Shown piece after piece: positions 46,980-56,832 of a stretch of DNA of 64,000 nucleotides. The stretch is taken from the NCBI GenBank assembly GCA_038212275.1, contig JBBQUR010000009.1, forward strand, positions 128,001-192,000, given 5' to 3'. Both the position numbers and the translations under genes were made by a program. The DNA is from Planctomycetota bacterium (GTDB taxonomy: Bacteria; Planctomycetota; B15-G4). The notes beneath the pieces were generated by a model. That model searched no databases. It worked only from the letters and a program-made list of their open reading frames with translations, and was not told where the DNA came from. Positions within the stretch are counted from its first letter, which is position 1; the number at the start of each line of letters is the position of its first letter.

Positions 46980-47530
46980 GATGCTTCGAATCCGGGTTTG
47001 ATCCGCAGCTCTCCGGATGAGGTGCCCCTTGATCGTGCACGTCGGCGGCAGGTCATCGGCATGCGGGTAGCGCTCCCGGAATCGCCGGCGGTCCTCGTCC
47101 GTGCCGCGAGTGGCCTGCACGAAGGCCCGCCGCAGCTCGAGGAACTCATCCTCGGCCTTCCGGTTCTGGGCATCCCAGCAGGCCGGGACGCGGGGTGTCA
47201 GGAGGATGATCACTGCAGCGTTGCTCTCGGTCGTCGACTCGCTGGACAAGACGTAGTCGAGGATCGGGATCGAGCTTTGGATCGGGACCCCGGACTGGGC
47301 AGTGCGACGATCCTTCTGGCTGAGCCCGCTCAGGATCGGGCTGCGGCCCAGCGCGATGACGGCCTGGCTGGAAACCGAACCCTCGTCGAAGATCACCGAG
47401 CCGTCTGACGACGATCCGGTGAGCACGTCGAGGATGCTCGCGCGGGACGCCTCGACCGACAAGTGGACGAGTGCGGTGCCCTCATCAGCCGACGTTCGCA
47501 GGAGCGTCGGCGTGACCTTTTCCACGCCCG
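46980..47530 (-). pseudogene. remnant of a secretin (type II/III secretion or Tad) C-terminal domain
   Basis: KVTPT...SQAVIALG..ILSGL...SGVPI..IPILDYV.S...VIILLTPR resembles the secretin core; no N-terminus; boundaries approximate. Confidence 0.55.
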
Positions 47531-47755
47531 CGAACACGACAACGAGCACGATCGCGAGCACGACCGCACGCCGGCCTTCAGCACGTGGAGTTTCGAGACG
47601 GACAGGCCGCTGTCGCTGGAGGCCGTGCGCGCTGTCGCCCGCAAGCTGCCGGGGAGCATTTATCGCTGCAAGGGCGTCCTGAACACGTCCGACACGCCGG
47701 CCCGGCGGACCGCGCTGCAGGTCGTCGGCCGACGCGTGGACACATCACTGCGGGA
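47523..47755 (+). pseudogene. remnant of a CobW C-terminal domain
   Basis: His/acidic linker EHDNEHDREHD then FSTWSFETDRPLS...IYRCKGV...LQVVGRR; no GTPase domain, no proper stop. Confidence 0.6.
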
Positions 47756-47786
47756 CGCGAGGGCCGCGTCCGGCTGCGCGCCGCCC

Positions 47787-48020
47787 TCAGGCGCCGTCGT
47801 TGCCGATGGCCTCGACCGGGCACTGCTCCATCGCTTCGGTGCAGAGCTTGAGGTCTTCGGGCGACTTCGGCTGGTTGTGCACGAAGTCGTGGTCGCCGTC
47901 CGCGCTCTCCTTGAAGAAGGCCGGCGCGATGTCCGAGCACAGGTGGCAGAGGATGCACTGCTTGTCCACGTAGTAGGAACCGGGGACGTTGTCGGCGTAC
48001 TTTTCGGCGACGGTGGCCAT
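47787..48020 (-). CDS. ferredoxin (single 4Fe-4S/3Fe-4S cluster)
   Basis: CILCHLC...AMEQCPVEAIG. Confidence 0.9.
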   Translation of the reverse strand: MATVAEKYADNVPGSYYVDKQCILCHLCSDIAPAFFKESADGDHDFVHNQPKSPEDLKLCTEAMEQCPVEAIGNDGA

Positions 48021-48228
48021 GGGGGCGAGTCTCTTCTGCGTTGGGGGCCCGCGGCGGCCCGTGTGCTGGAAATGTCCGCTGCTCGGATGGAACGAGACAC
48101 TATAGCCGCGCCTCCGGAACGAGGTCCAGAGTTCGGCGGCCGGCGCGAGTCCGCGTGCGGTCGGCAGCGCCGGGTGGTGGTCGACGCGCAGCGGCCTCTC
48201 CCACCCGCGCCCACTCTGGAGCGTCAGG

Positions 48229-48693
48229 TCAGCCGAGGGGGCCGGGCGGCGCCGCCTCGACGGCCAGGCGCGTCACGAACTGGTGCACGCCCTCGGCGCG
48301 CAGGGCGCAGAGGCGCAGGCGCCGGCCGTAGAGCACGCGCACCTCGTCCAGCGCCGCGGCGTCATAGGCGCCGCTGAAGACCTGCAGCTCGTCGTCGTCC
48401 TCGTCATATTCGAGGCGTTCGGCGCGCAGCAGGTGCAGGACGCGAGCGAGCAGCAGGAGCTCGGCGTCCAGCGGGTCGGCCTCGGGCAGCAGCGCTTCGT
48501 TGACGAGCCAGGTGCCCTGTGCGCGGGGGTCGAAGACCACGCGGGCGTGCGCGTCGCGCACCTCGGCGACGACGCCGCGCCGGTCCGCGAGGTGCAGCTC
48601 CGCGTTGCTCTGCGAGCGCCGGCAACGCACCACGTCGCCGGGAGCGAATCCCGCGCGATTCCTGTGTTTGTCGGTGCCTGGGAAGCGGGCCAT
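48229..48693 (-). CDS. hypothetical protein
   Basis: 154 aa, globular composition, co-oriented with neighbours; SH3/KOW-like GDVV...RGVV N-terminus. Confidence 0.55.
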   Translation of the reverse strand: MARFPGTDKHRNRAGFAPGDVVRCRRSQSNAELHLADRRGVVAEVRDAHARVVFDPRAQGTWLVNEALLPEADPLDAELLLLARVLHLLRAERLEYDEDDDELQVFSGAYDAAALDEVRVLYGRRLRLCALRAEGVHQFVTRLAVEAAPPGPLG

Positions 48694-48724
48694 GGAGGAG
48701 GGACTGCCGCGCGCGGTGCGCCGC

Positions 48725-49189
48725 TCAGGAGCCCTTCGGCGGCAGCGGCGCGACCTTCGTCGCGAGCAGGCCGCCGACGATCAGCGCGATGCCGATGCCC
48801 GGATAGAGGATGCCGACGAGCCACGCCTTGATGGTCGCGTCATATGGCGCCAGGCGCAGCACGAGCCCGAAGCCGATCATGAGCAGGACGAGCACGATCA
48901 TCGACGGCGCGAACACCGTCCATGCCGGCGCGTTCTCGCCGCTCTTCACGATGTTGGACACCGCGCGGCGCGCGCCCTTCTTCAGCAGCGTGAAGCCCTT
49001 GGCCAGGCCGACGACGACGCCGATGCCGAGCGCGATCCATGTGTCGTTGCCGGCGAGCCCGACGACCTCGGGGTCATGTCGCAACCCTGCGTACGGCAGT
49101 CCGCGCACGATGAGCATGATGCCCACCGCGATCCAGACCACGGCCACGACCCAACGGCGGCCCTGCTGCGACATCGAGCTCATGCTCAT
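48725..49189 (-). CDS. four-helix membrane protein
   Basis: GAGG RBS; four hydrophobic segments, GLAKG motif. Confidence 0.7.
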   Translation of the reverse strand: MSMSSMSQQGRRWVVAVVWIAVGIMLIVRGLPYAGLRHDPEVVGLAGNDTWIALGIGVVVGLAKGFTLLKKGARRAVSNIVKSGENAPAWTVFAPSMIVLVLLMIGFGLVLRLAPYDATIKAWLVGILYPGIGIALIVGGLLATKVAPLPPKGS

Positions 49190-49343
49190 CAAAGAATCCT
49201 CGGAAGGCTTCCGGCGGACAGGCTCCGGCAGGAGCGCTGCCGGGCACACCGGCGACGGGCCGCGGATGATAGCGCCGCGGAGTCGCCGGGCGCGCATCGT
49301 CCCGCCTCTTTCGCGACGCACGCGCCGGAGGACGCCGCCGGCC

Positions 49344-49403
49344 GGCCGCTGCGTGCAGGCCGCTGCATGCCGGCCGCTGCGTGCAGGCCGTTGCGTGCAG
49401 GCC
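49344..49403. repeat. 14-bp tandem repeat x4 (GGCCGCTGCGTGCA)
   Basis: read directly in the intergenic gap. Confidence 0.9.
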
Positions 49404-49452
49404 TTCGCTCCGCACGAACCGGCCAGGAGGTCGCGTGCGCCGATCGCCGGCG

Positions 49453-50088
49453 TCAGCCGCGCAGCGCGGCCTGCGCAGCGGTCAGGGCCGCCTCGCACGC
49501 GTCGGTGCCCCGCAGTTGAGGGAAGGGGATCGGCGCGGCGGGTTCGCGCGGCCGGTCGCCCAGGGTCAGCGCCCACCAGCCGACATCGTGCCAGGCGCCG
49601 AATTTGTGGCCGATGTGCTCGTAGTTGCCCAGCTTGCGGAACCCGAGCGACTCGTGCAGCGCGACGCTGGCGGGGTTGGGCAGCGTGATGCCCGCGTAGG
49701 CGTTCACGAAGCCCTGCTGAGCGAGCACGCTGAACAGCGCTCGATACAGCGCGCGAGCCACGCCGGTGCGACGCGCCGTCGCCGCGATGTAGGCCGAGAC
49801 CTCGACGCACCACTGATAGGCCGCGCGCTCGCGGTGCGAGGTTGCGTACACGTAGCCGAGCAGCACGCCGTCGCGTTCGCACACCAGCCACGGCCAACGC
49901 TCCAGGGTCGCGCTCACGCGGCGCGCCATGGTGTCCACGTCGGGCGGTTCGAACTCGAAGCTGATGACCGTGTCCCGCACGATCGGCGCGTAGATCTCCA
50001 GAATGCCCGCCGCGTCGGCGGGCGTGGCGATGCGCACGCCGATCCCGAGGCTGTCGCGCAGGGCGTTCGTCACCGTGGCCGGGCTCAT
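49453..50088 (-). CDS. GNAT N-acetyltransferase, phosphinothricin/arsinothricin (ArsN1-like) family
   Basis: IYAPIVRDTVISFEFEPP, HRERAAY, AGITLPNPASVALHE, KFGAWHDVGWW; ATGA overlap with the upstream stop. Confidence 0.85.
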   Translation of the reverse strand: MSPATVTNALRDSLGIGVRIATPADAAGILEIYAPIVRDTVISFEFEPPDVDTMARRVSATLERWPWLVCERDGVLLGYVYATSHRERAAYQWCVEVSAYIAATARRTGVARALYRALFSVLAQQGFVNAYAGITLPNPASVALHESLGFRKLGNYEHIGHKFGAWHDVGWWALTLGDRPREPAAPIPFPQLRGTDACEAALTAAQAALRG

Positions 50089-51437
50089 TCGATGTCGAGG
50101 CGCAGGCCGTTGGTCGCGGAGGCGCCCTTCACCGAGGTAGCGTCCGCGAACCAGCACTGCGTCACCAGCGAGAGCCCGGAGAGCGGGCCTGCAGGCAACG
50201 CGGAGGAGAGCACGAGCTTGCCCTGGCCGTCCGCCATGAGCGGCACAGTGAGCAGCACCGGCGACGGCGCGAAGAGACCACCCTTGAAGGGCAGGCTCGC
50301 CTCGCTGAGCGACGCGAAAAGCACGCCGGCCGCGTGTGGTGCGACGAGCTGCACGAAGTGCGTGAACGGCCCGCCGCCGGGCGACAGGTCTCCGGCGCCC
50401 GTGAGCTGCGGCACGCCGCCGAGGCCCGCGAGCCCGGAGCCCAGCAGCACGCAGGCGCCGGGCGGCGCATCGATGTCGATGGGGAAGGCGTTGGAGAGCG
50501 TCGCGCCGCTGGCGCCCGGCACCTTGACGAGCACGTCGCCCGCCTCGGCGCCCACGGGAATCACCACCGAGATCAGCGTGCCGCCCGCGGTGGAGGCCAC
50601 GCCGGTCAATTTGAGCGGCGTGCCGTCGCCGCCGGGATCGGTGAACCACACCTCGTTGCCGAGAGCCGCGAACTGGCTGCCGACAACGCTCAGCGTCCCG
50701 CCCGTGTCCAGCGCGCCGCCGAGCGAGGAGATCACCGGCTTGGCCGCGGAGGCCGCGCCGTAGATCGCCTTCAGTCCCGCGATGTCGTCCGCAGCGAGCG
50801 AGCGCGCCGAGGTGCCGTCACCGCTGATCGCTGGCGCCATCGTGGCGCCCGAGGTGCTGCTGTGCCCCAGCCCGAGCGCATGCCCGATCTCGTGTGTCGC
50901 CACGGCCTGCAGATCGAGCGCGCCCTCGTCGGGTGCACCGGGTCCGTCATCCCAGACGAAGTCGTCGTTGTAGACGATCTTCCAGCCGTCGCTGATCGGG
51001 CTCTGCGTGAACGCCGTCACGCCGCCGCCGAGCGAGGTCGCCGAGTGCACGTTGTCGTTGACGCCGCCCGCGGACGCGGCCAGGCCCTGCCAGGTGTTGT
51101 CGAAGTTGGCGCCGCCGCTGCCGAGCACCGGATTGCTGGCGAGCCCGTCGCCGAGACCGTTGCCGCCGCGCGGCAGGCTGCCCCATTCCGCGTGCGCCTT
51201 CCAGAGGGCGAGCGGCGCGCCGGTCACGCCAGGAAAGTTGCCGTGCGGGAAGGCGTTCTCGTTGGCCTGCACGTCGAGGAAGTTGTTGAAGACGCGGACG
51301 TCGCGCTGGTCGAGGCCAAGACTCTCACCGGAGGTGCTGAACGCGGTGCTGATCGTCGGCAGGCTCGTCAGTGCGGCCAGCGCCACGGCACCTGTCACGA
51401 GCACACCGGCGCAGACGCTCAGGGTGGATGTGGCCAT
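50085..51437 (-). CDS. secreted matrixin (M10A) metalloprotease with IPT/TIG-like and shared C-terminal domains
   Basis: HEIGHALGLGH zinc motif plus Met-turn ATMAP; AGGAG RBS; signal peptide. Confidence 0.88.
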   Translation of the reverse strand: MATSTLSVCAGVLVTGAVALAALTSLPTISTAFSTSGESLGLDQRDVRVFNNFLDVQANENAFPHGNFPGVTGAPLALWKAHAEWGSLPRGGNGLGDGLASNPVLGSGGANFDNTWQGLAASAGGVNDNVHSATSLGGGVTAFTQSPISDGWKIVYNDDFVWDDGPGAPDEGALDLQAVATHEIGHALGLGHSSTSGATMAPAISGDGTSARSLAADDIAGLKAIYGAASAAKPVISSLGGALDTGGTLSVVGSQFAALGNEVWFTDPGGDGTPLKLTGVASTAGGTLISVVIPVGAEAGDVLVKVPGASGATLSNAFPIDIDAPPGACVLLGSGLAGLGGVPQLTGAGDLSPGGGPFTHFVQLVAPHAAGVLFASLSEASLPFKGGLFAPSPVLLTVPLMADGQGKLVLSSALPAGPLSGLSLVTQCWFADATSVKGASATNGLRLDIE

Positions 51438-51606
51438 CGGACGGTCTCCTGGGAGAGTCGGGAAACGGCGTGAGGATCCCGGCTTGTCGTTGCGCCGCAC
51501 GCATCGGGCAGGGGGCCGGGCGGTCGGCGATCGGAGGCCGCCGTGTCGGCGCCCAGACTATGTCGGTCGGATGCGCGCCGCCAGTCGCCGCCGGCGCGGC
51601 GCGCGG

Positions 51607-52395
51607 TCAGGGGACTTTCAGCAACTCCTCGAGCTGAGGCAGCACGTTGGCCGCCGCGCGCCGGTGGCCCTCGGCATTGGGATGGATGCCGTCCGCCTGA
51701 TTGAGCTCGGGGTGTCCGCCGATGCCGGCCAGCAGGGACGGCACGAAGGCCACGCCCGTCTGCTCTGCCAGCGGCGGAAAGATCGCCGCGAACTCGCGCG
51801 TGTAGTCGGGCCCGTAGTTCGGGGGCAGTTCGATGCCGACCAGCAGCACGCGCGCACCCGCCCCGGTCGCGAGCTCGATGATTCTGCGCAGGTTCGCTGC
51901 GGTGTTGGCGGGCGGTTGGCCGCGCAGGCCGTCGTTGCCGCCGAGGCACAGCACGAGAATGTCGGCGTGCTCGCGCAGCGTCCATGCGGTGCGCGACAGG
52001 CCACCCGCACTCGTGTCGCCCGAAACGCCCGCGTTGACGACCTCGATGGGGGTGCCGTCGGCTGCGAGCAGCCGGCCGAGCACCGCGGGATAGGCCTCGT
52101 CCGCCGCGACACCGTAGCCGGCGGTGAGGCTGTCCCCGAGGAAGACGACGCGCGGCCGCGGCACCGCCGCGTCGGCGGCCACCGCGTCGGCCGGCACCGC
52201 GTTGGCAGGCACCGCGTTGGCAGGCACCGCGTCGGCAGGCACCGCGTTGGCCGCGATGGGGGCCGACGCCTGCGCCGTGCGCGCGGTGCCGGTCGCCGTC
52301 ACGAGAGATTCCGCGCCTTCCGGATCACCGCGATTGCAGCCGAGCGCCAGCGCGACTAGAAGGCAGGCCACCGCGGACACCTGTCGTGCGGACAT
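51607..52395 (-). CDS. TesA-like SGNH arylesterase lipoprotein
   Basis: lipobox ALGC; GDSLTAG, NAGVSGDT, GGNDG, DGIHP. Confidence 0.92.
   Translation of the reverse strand: MSARQVSAVACLLVALALGCNRGDPEGAESLVTATGTARTAQASAPIAANAVPADAVPANAVPANAVPADAVAADAAVPRPRVVFLGDSLTAGYGVAADEAYPAVLGRLLAADGTPIEVVNAGVSGDTSAGGLSRTAWTLREHADILVLCLGGNDGLRGQPPANTAANLRRIIELATGAGARVLLVGIELPPNYGPDYTREFAAIFPPLAEQTGVAFVPSLLAGIGGHPELNQADGIHPNAEGHRRAAANVLPQLEELLKVP
52165..52252 (-). repeat. in-frame 15-bp repeat encoding A[ND]AVP linker
   Basis: caccgcgtYggcagg units x~6. Confidence 0.85.
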
Positions 52396-52419
52396 GAACC
52401 CACTATAGGCGGAGACGAG

Positions 52420-53148
52420 GTGAGCGACGCGGTGCGACTGCGGTGCACGAGCCTGACCCGGCGTCTGCCGTCAGGAGGACGCGAGCTCACCGTGCTGGAC
52501 GGCCTCGACCTGGCCGTCGGCGCCGGCGAGTTCCTCGCCATCCTCGGGCCGTCCGGCAGCGGCAAGTCCACGCTGCTCGCGCTGCTGGCGGGCCTGGATC
52601 GCCCGTCGTCGGGAGAGGTCTTCGTGGACGGCACGCCGCTCTCCTCGCTGGACGAGGACGAGCTGGCGCTGCTGCGCCGCCGCCGCCTGGGCTTCGTCTT
52701 CCAGTCCTTCCAGCTCCTGCCGCACTTCACGGCGCGCGAGAACGTGCTGCTGCCGCTGGAGCTGATCGACGCGCCGGATGCCGAGGCACGCGCCGACGAG
52801 TTGCTCGCGGCCGTGGGGCTGTCCGAGCGTGGACATCACTATCCGGGACAGCTCTCCGGCGGCGAGCAGCAGCGCGTGGCGGTGGCGCGCGGCTTCTCGG
52901 CGCGGCCCGCCATCCTGCTCGCGGATGAACCCACCGGCAATCTCGACGGCGCCAACGGCCGGCGCGTGCTGGACCTGCTTGCGGCGCTGCGCGCCGCGCA
53001 CGGCACCACGCTGGTGCTTGTGACGCACGATCCCGAGATCGCGGCGCGCGCCGACCGCTGCGTGCACCTCGCCGACGGCCGTCTCGTGCGCGACACCTGG
53101 CGCACGGACGCTGCCGCCAGCGCGACGGCCGCGCGGCCAAGGTCGTGA
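52420..53148 (+). CDS. YbbA-like ABC ATP-binding protein
   Basis: GPSGSGKST, LSGGEQQR, ADEPTGNLD, VTHD; divergent from the tesA-like gene. Confidence 0.9.
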   Translation: MSDAVRLRCTSLTRRLPSGGRELTVLDGLDLAVGAGEFLAILGPSGSGKSTLLALLAGLDRPSSGEVFVDGTPLSSLDEDELALLRRRRLGFVFQSFQLLPHFTARENVLLPLELIDAPDAEARADELLAAVGLSERGHHYPGQLSGGEQQRVAVARGFSARPAILLADEPTGNLDGANGRRVLDLLAALRAAHGTTLVLVTHDPEIAARADRCVHLADGRLVRDTWRTDAAASATAARPRS

Positions 53149-53177
53149 GCATGGCGTCGTGAGCATGGCGTCGTGAG
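53142..53177. repeat. 14-bp tandem duplication at the ybbA/ybbP junction
   Basis: gtcgtgagcatggc x2 + gtcgtgag. Confidence 0.9.
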
Positions 53178-55878
53178 ACTCGGGCTCCTCGTCACGCTGC
53201 TGCGACGCGAGTCGCGCGGGCAGCTCGGGCGGCTGGGCATCTTCTGCGCGTCGCTGGCGGTCGGCGTTGCGGCGGTGGTCACCGTGTCGGGGCTCTCGGC
53301 GGCACTCGATGGCGCCGTGCGCGCCTCGGCGCGCGAACTGCTCGCCGCCGACGTCGCCGTCGAGAGCCGTCGCGCGCTTCCCGCGGAGCTGGACGGCGTG
53401 CTCGCCCGGCATCCCGGCCTGCGCCGCGTGAATGTCACCGAGCTGACCAGCCTCGTCGCCGTGCCTCCCGCTGCCGACGGCACGCCGGGCAGCAGCCGCC
53501 TCGTGGAGGTCAAGGCCGTCGAGGACGGCTTTCCCTTCTACGGCAGCCTGCAGCTGGATCCGCCGCGCCCGCTTTCCGAGCTGCTCGGTGACGACGGCGT
53601 CGTGTGCGCCCCGGAACTGCTGGCCAGCCTGGGCCTCGCGCGGGGCGACCGCCTGCGCCTCGGCGGCCGCGACTTCACCATCACCGGCTCCGTGCTCGCC
53701 GAGCCCGACAAGCTGGGCATCAGCTTCACGCTCGGGCCGCGCGTCTTCGTGTCGCACGCCGCGCTGCAGGCGACGGAGTTGCTCGGCTTCGGCTCGACGG
53801 CGCGGCATCGCGCGCTGCTCGCGCTGCCCGAGGGCGCGTCCGCGCGCGACGGCAATGCACTGGCCGACGAGTTGGCCGCGGCCTTCCCGCGGCATTCCGG
53901 CGCTCGCGTGCAGACCTCCGCCGACGCGCAACCGTCGCTGCGGCGCGGCCTGCAGCGCGTGGACGGGTTCCTCGGACTGGTCGCGCTGCTCTCGCTGCTC
54001 ATCGGCGGCATCGGCGTCGCCCAGACCGTGCGCGCCTGGCTGGCCGGACGGCTGCAGAGCCTCGCCGTGGCGCGCTGTCTCGGCGTGCGGCCGCGCGAAC
54101 TGCTGCTCGTGCACTTCCTGCAGACGCTCGTGCTGGGATTGATCGGCAGCCTGGCCGGCGTGGCGCTGGGCGTGCTCGCCTTGTCGGCCGTGCCGCCGCT
54201 CGTCGGTGAGTGGCTGCCGGCCGACGCACTGTCTGCCTGGCAACCGGCCGCGATGGGGCGCGGGTTGGCACTGGGCCTTTTCGTCTCGCTCTTCGCGAGC
54301 ATGCCGGGACTGCTCGCCATCCTGCGTGTGCCGCCGCTCGCTGCGCTGCGGCGGGACGCCGTGCTGCGCGCGGCCGGCCGGCCGGCGCGCCTCGCCTTGA
54401 CGCTGCTGCTGCTCGGCGGCGTTTTCGGTGCGGCGTGGTGGCAGTCACGCGAGGTGGTGCACGCGGCCGTGTTCGCCGGCGGGCTTGCGGCGGTGGCGGG
54501 ACTGCTGCTGCTCGCGGCGCGCGGCGCGATGGCAGGAGTGTCGCGCCTGCCGCGTGCGCGCTGGCCGCTCGCGCTGCGCCACGGCCTCTCGGCCATCGGC
54601 CGGCCGGATGCCGGCACGTGGGGCGGTGTGCTCGCGCTCGGCATGGGCGTGCTCGTCATCGTCGCGATGCAGCTCGTGCAGTCGCGGCTGTCGAGCGAAC
54701 TGTCCGGTGCGCTGCCGCGCGAGGCGCCGACGGCCTTCCTCATCGACATCCAGAAAGAGCAATGGCCCGGCGTGTCCGCGCTGCTCGAGGAAGCCGGTGC
54801 GACGCACGTGGAGTCCACGCCCGTGATCACCGCGCGACTCGCCTCGATCGACGGCCGCGAGGTCGCCGGCCGCAGCCCCCGCGGCCGCGCGCGTGACGCA
54901 TCGCGCGACGACGCAAGCGCCGACGCAAGCGCCGACACGCGTGACAGCGCACGCGACGAGGCGGGCGACGATGCTCGCGACGACGCGGGCGACGCGGGCG
55001 ACGGGGGCGACGGGGCACGCGAGCCGCGTGACGGCGATCGCTCCGGGCCGCGGCGCGGGGGCTGGGCCAGTTCTCGCGAGCAGCGCCTCACGACGATGGC
55101 GGAACTGCCTGAGGACAACCGCATTCTGGAGGGCGCGCTCTGGTGCCGTCCGGGTGTCGACGAAGTGAGCCTGGAGCAGGGCTATGCGGAGGAACTCGGC
55201 GTGACGCTCGGCTCGGTCCTCGTCTTCGACGTGCTCGGGACGCCGGTCACGCTGACGGTCAGCAGCCTGCGGCACGTGGAGTGGCGCACCTTCGGCATCA
55301 ACTTCTTCCTCGTGGTGGAGCCGGGCGTGCTGGACGGTGCGCCGCAGATGATCGTCGCCGCCGCGAAGCTGCCGGCCGGAAACGAGCAGCGCGCGCAGGA
55401 CGCGCTGACCGCGCGCTTCCCCAACGTGACGCTGCTGCCGGTGGCGGAGATCGTGGCCAAGGTGGGCGCGCTGCTCGAGCGGCTCGGCGCCGGCGTGCGC
55501 GTGCTGGGGCTGTTCACGGTGGCGTCCGGGTTGGCCATCCTGGCTGGTGCGCTGGGCGCGGCGGCGGTGGCTCGCCGCGGACAGATCGCGCTGCTCAAGA
55601 CGCTGGGACTCACGCGGCGCGGCGTGCTCGCACTGTTCGGCGTCGAGTGGGCGCTGCTCGGCGCGCTGGCCGGTGCCGTCGGCGGAGCAGCCGGTGCGTT
55701 GCTCGCGTGGGCCGTGCTCACGCAGCTCATGGAGCTGGACAGTCAGCTCGCGCCGCTGCTGGAGGCGCTGCCGTTGGCCGTCGCGGGCGCGGCGCTGCTC
55801 GCCGTGGTGGCCGGCGCCGTCGCAAGCCTGCGCGCGCTGGCCGTGTCGCCGCTGGTGGTTCTGCGGCAGGAGTCCTGA
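53173..55878 (+). CDS. YbbP-like FtsX/MacB-type ABC permease
   Basis: ELLAAD, FPFYG, LLIGGIGVA, FLIDIQ, INFF motifs; TM clusters. Confidence 0.9.
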   Translation: MRLGLLVTLLRRESRGQLGRLGIFCASLAVGVAAVVTVSGLSAALDGAVRASARELLAADVAVESRRALPAELDGVLARHPGLRRVNVTELTSLVAVPPAADGTPGSSRLVEVKAVEDGFPFYGSLQLDPPRPLSELLGDDGVVCAPELLASLGLARGDRLRLGGRDFTITGSVLAEPDKLGISFTLGPRVFVSHAALQATELLGFGSTARHRALLALPEGASARDGNALADELAAAFPRHSGARVQTSADAQPSLRRGLQRVDGFLGLVALLSLLIGGIGVAQTVRAWLAGRLQSLAVARCLGVRPRELLLVHFLQTLVLGLIGSLAGVALGVLALSAVPPLVGEWLPADALSAWQPAAMGRGLALGLFVSLFASMPGLLAILRVPPLAALRRDAVLRAAGRPARLALTLLLLGGVFGAAWWQSREVVHAAVFAGGLAAVAGLLLLAARGAMAGVSRLPRARWPLALRHGLSAIGRPDAGTWGGVLALGMGVLVIVAMQLVQSRLSSELSGALPREAPTAFLIDIQKEQWPGVSALLEEAGATHVESTPVITARLASIDGREVAGRSPRGRARDASRDDASADASADTRDSARDEAGDDARDDAGDAGDGGDGAREPRDGDRSGPRRGGWASSREQRLTTMAELPEDNRILEGALWCRPGVDEVSLEQGYAEELGVTLGSVLVFDVLGTPVTLTVSSLRHVEWRTFGINFFLVVEPGVLDGAPQMIVAAAKLPAGNEQRAQDALTARFPNVTLLPVAEIVAKVGALLERLGAGVRVLGLFTVASGLAILAGALGAAAVARRGQIALLKTLGLTRRGVLALFGVEWALLGALAGAVGGAAGALLAWAVLTQLMELDSQLAPLLEALPLAVAGAALLAVVAGAVASLRALAVSPLVVLRQES

Positions 55879-55880
55879 CG

Positions 55881-55972
55881 CGCACTGCGCTGAGCCGCGC
55901 CGCGCCGCGCTGAGCCGCGCTGCGCTGTGCTGTACTGTGCTGCGCCGCACCGCGCTGCGCTGTGCCGTGCCG
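55881..55972. repeat. degenerate 5-bp microsatellite between convergent genes
   Basis: ~18 units such as cgcac/tgcgc/tgagc/cgcgc/tgtgc. Confidence 0.75.
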
Positions 55973-56818
55973 TCAGCGTTCGCGCAGCACGAAGTCGAAG
56001 GGCAGGTCGAGTTCGCCGGCCACGGGGATGCCGTCCGCCGTGGCGGGCAGGAAGCGCCAGCTGCGCACCGCATCCACTGCGGCAGCATCGAGGTCGGGGA
56101 AGCCGGAGCTGGATGAGACGGACACATCGCGCACCGCGCCGGTCTCGTCGACGAGGGCGTGGATGACGACGCGGCCGGTCTCGCGCGCGCGCCGCGACGC
56201 CTCGGGATAGTCGGGCGGCGTGTTCTCGGGGAGCGCGCGCGGCGCGACCTGCCCCGAGACGTCGCGGGCCTCGGAGGGGACGGCGGCGGCGACGTCCGGT
56301 GCTTCCTCGCCGACGGGCACGCTCTCCGCTGTCAGCTCCGACATCGAGGCGGCGGGCGCTGCAACGCGCGGCCGCCGCGGCGCCCGCCGGAAGTCGAGCG
56401 CCGGCGCTGCGTCCGCCAGCGCGAAGGCCGGCGCGGTGACCACCGGCTCACGCGCGGGCTCCGCGTCCGAGCGGTCCGTCGCCTCCACCAGCTGCGGTTC
56501 GGGCAGCGGCGTGTCGAGGCGCTCGGGCATCACGGCGGTCCAGGTGTCGGGTGCGTGCAGCAGCTCACGCACGTCGGCCGATGTGCCGGCCGATGTGCCG
56601 GCTGATGGCAGCGGTTCTCCCGGGGACTCGACGACGGGCTCGAGTCCGCGGAGATTCAGCCGGGGAGCGGCGAAGGGAAGCTCGGCCCGATGCCGCAGCG
56701 CGAAGAGGGCCAGCGCGTGCAGGCCGAGGCTGCCCAGCAGCGCGAAGGCGGTCGTCGCACGGCGCGACCGCCGCGGGCTGCGGCGGGGCCCGGATGCAGA
56801 GGGATGTTCGCCTGCCAC
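55973..56818 (-). CDS. TonB family energy transducer
   Basis: TM with SxxxH (SLGLH), Pro-rich linker, PDYPEASRR...GRV...SSSG...LDAAAVDAVRSWRFLPA. Confidence 0.85.
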   Translation of the reverse strand: MAGEHPSASGPRRSPRRSRRATTAFALLGSLGLHALALFALRHRAELPFAAPRLNLRGLEPVVESPGEPLPSAGTSAGTSADVRELLHAPDTWTAVMPERLDTPLPEPQLVEATDRSDAEPAREPVVTAPAFALADAAPALDFRRAPRRPRVAAPAASMSELTAESVPVGEEAPDVAAAVPSEARDVSGQVAPRALPENTPPDYPEASRRARETGRVVIHALVDETGAVRDVSVSSSSGFPDLDAAAVDAVRSWRFLPATADGIPVAGELDLPFDFVLRER

Positions 56819-56832
56819 CCCGGAGCCTCGCC

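Noticed and set aside
49344..49403. Short repeats as a CRISPR array
   Set aside because: Units are adjacent with no unique spacers, too short, and no cas genes are present.
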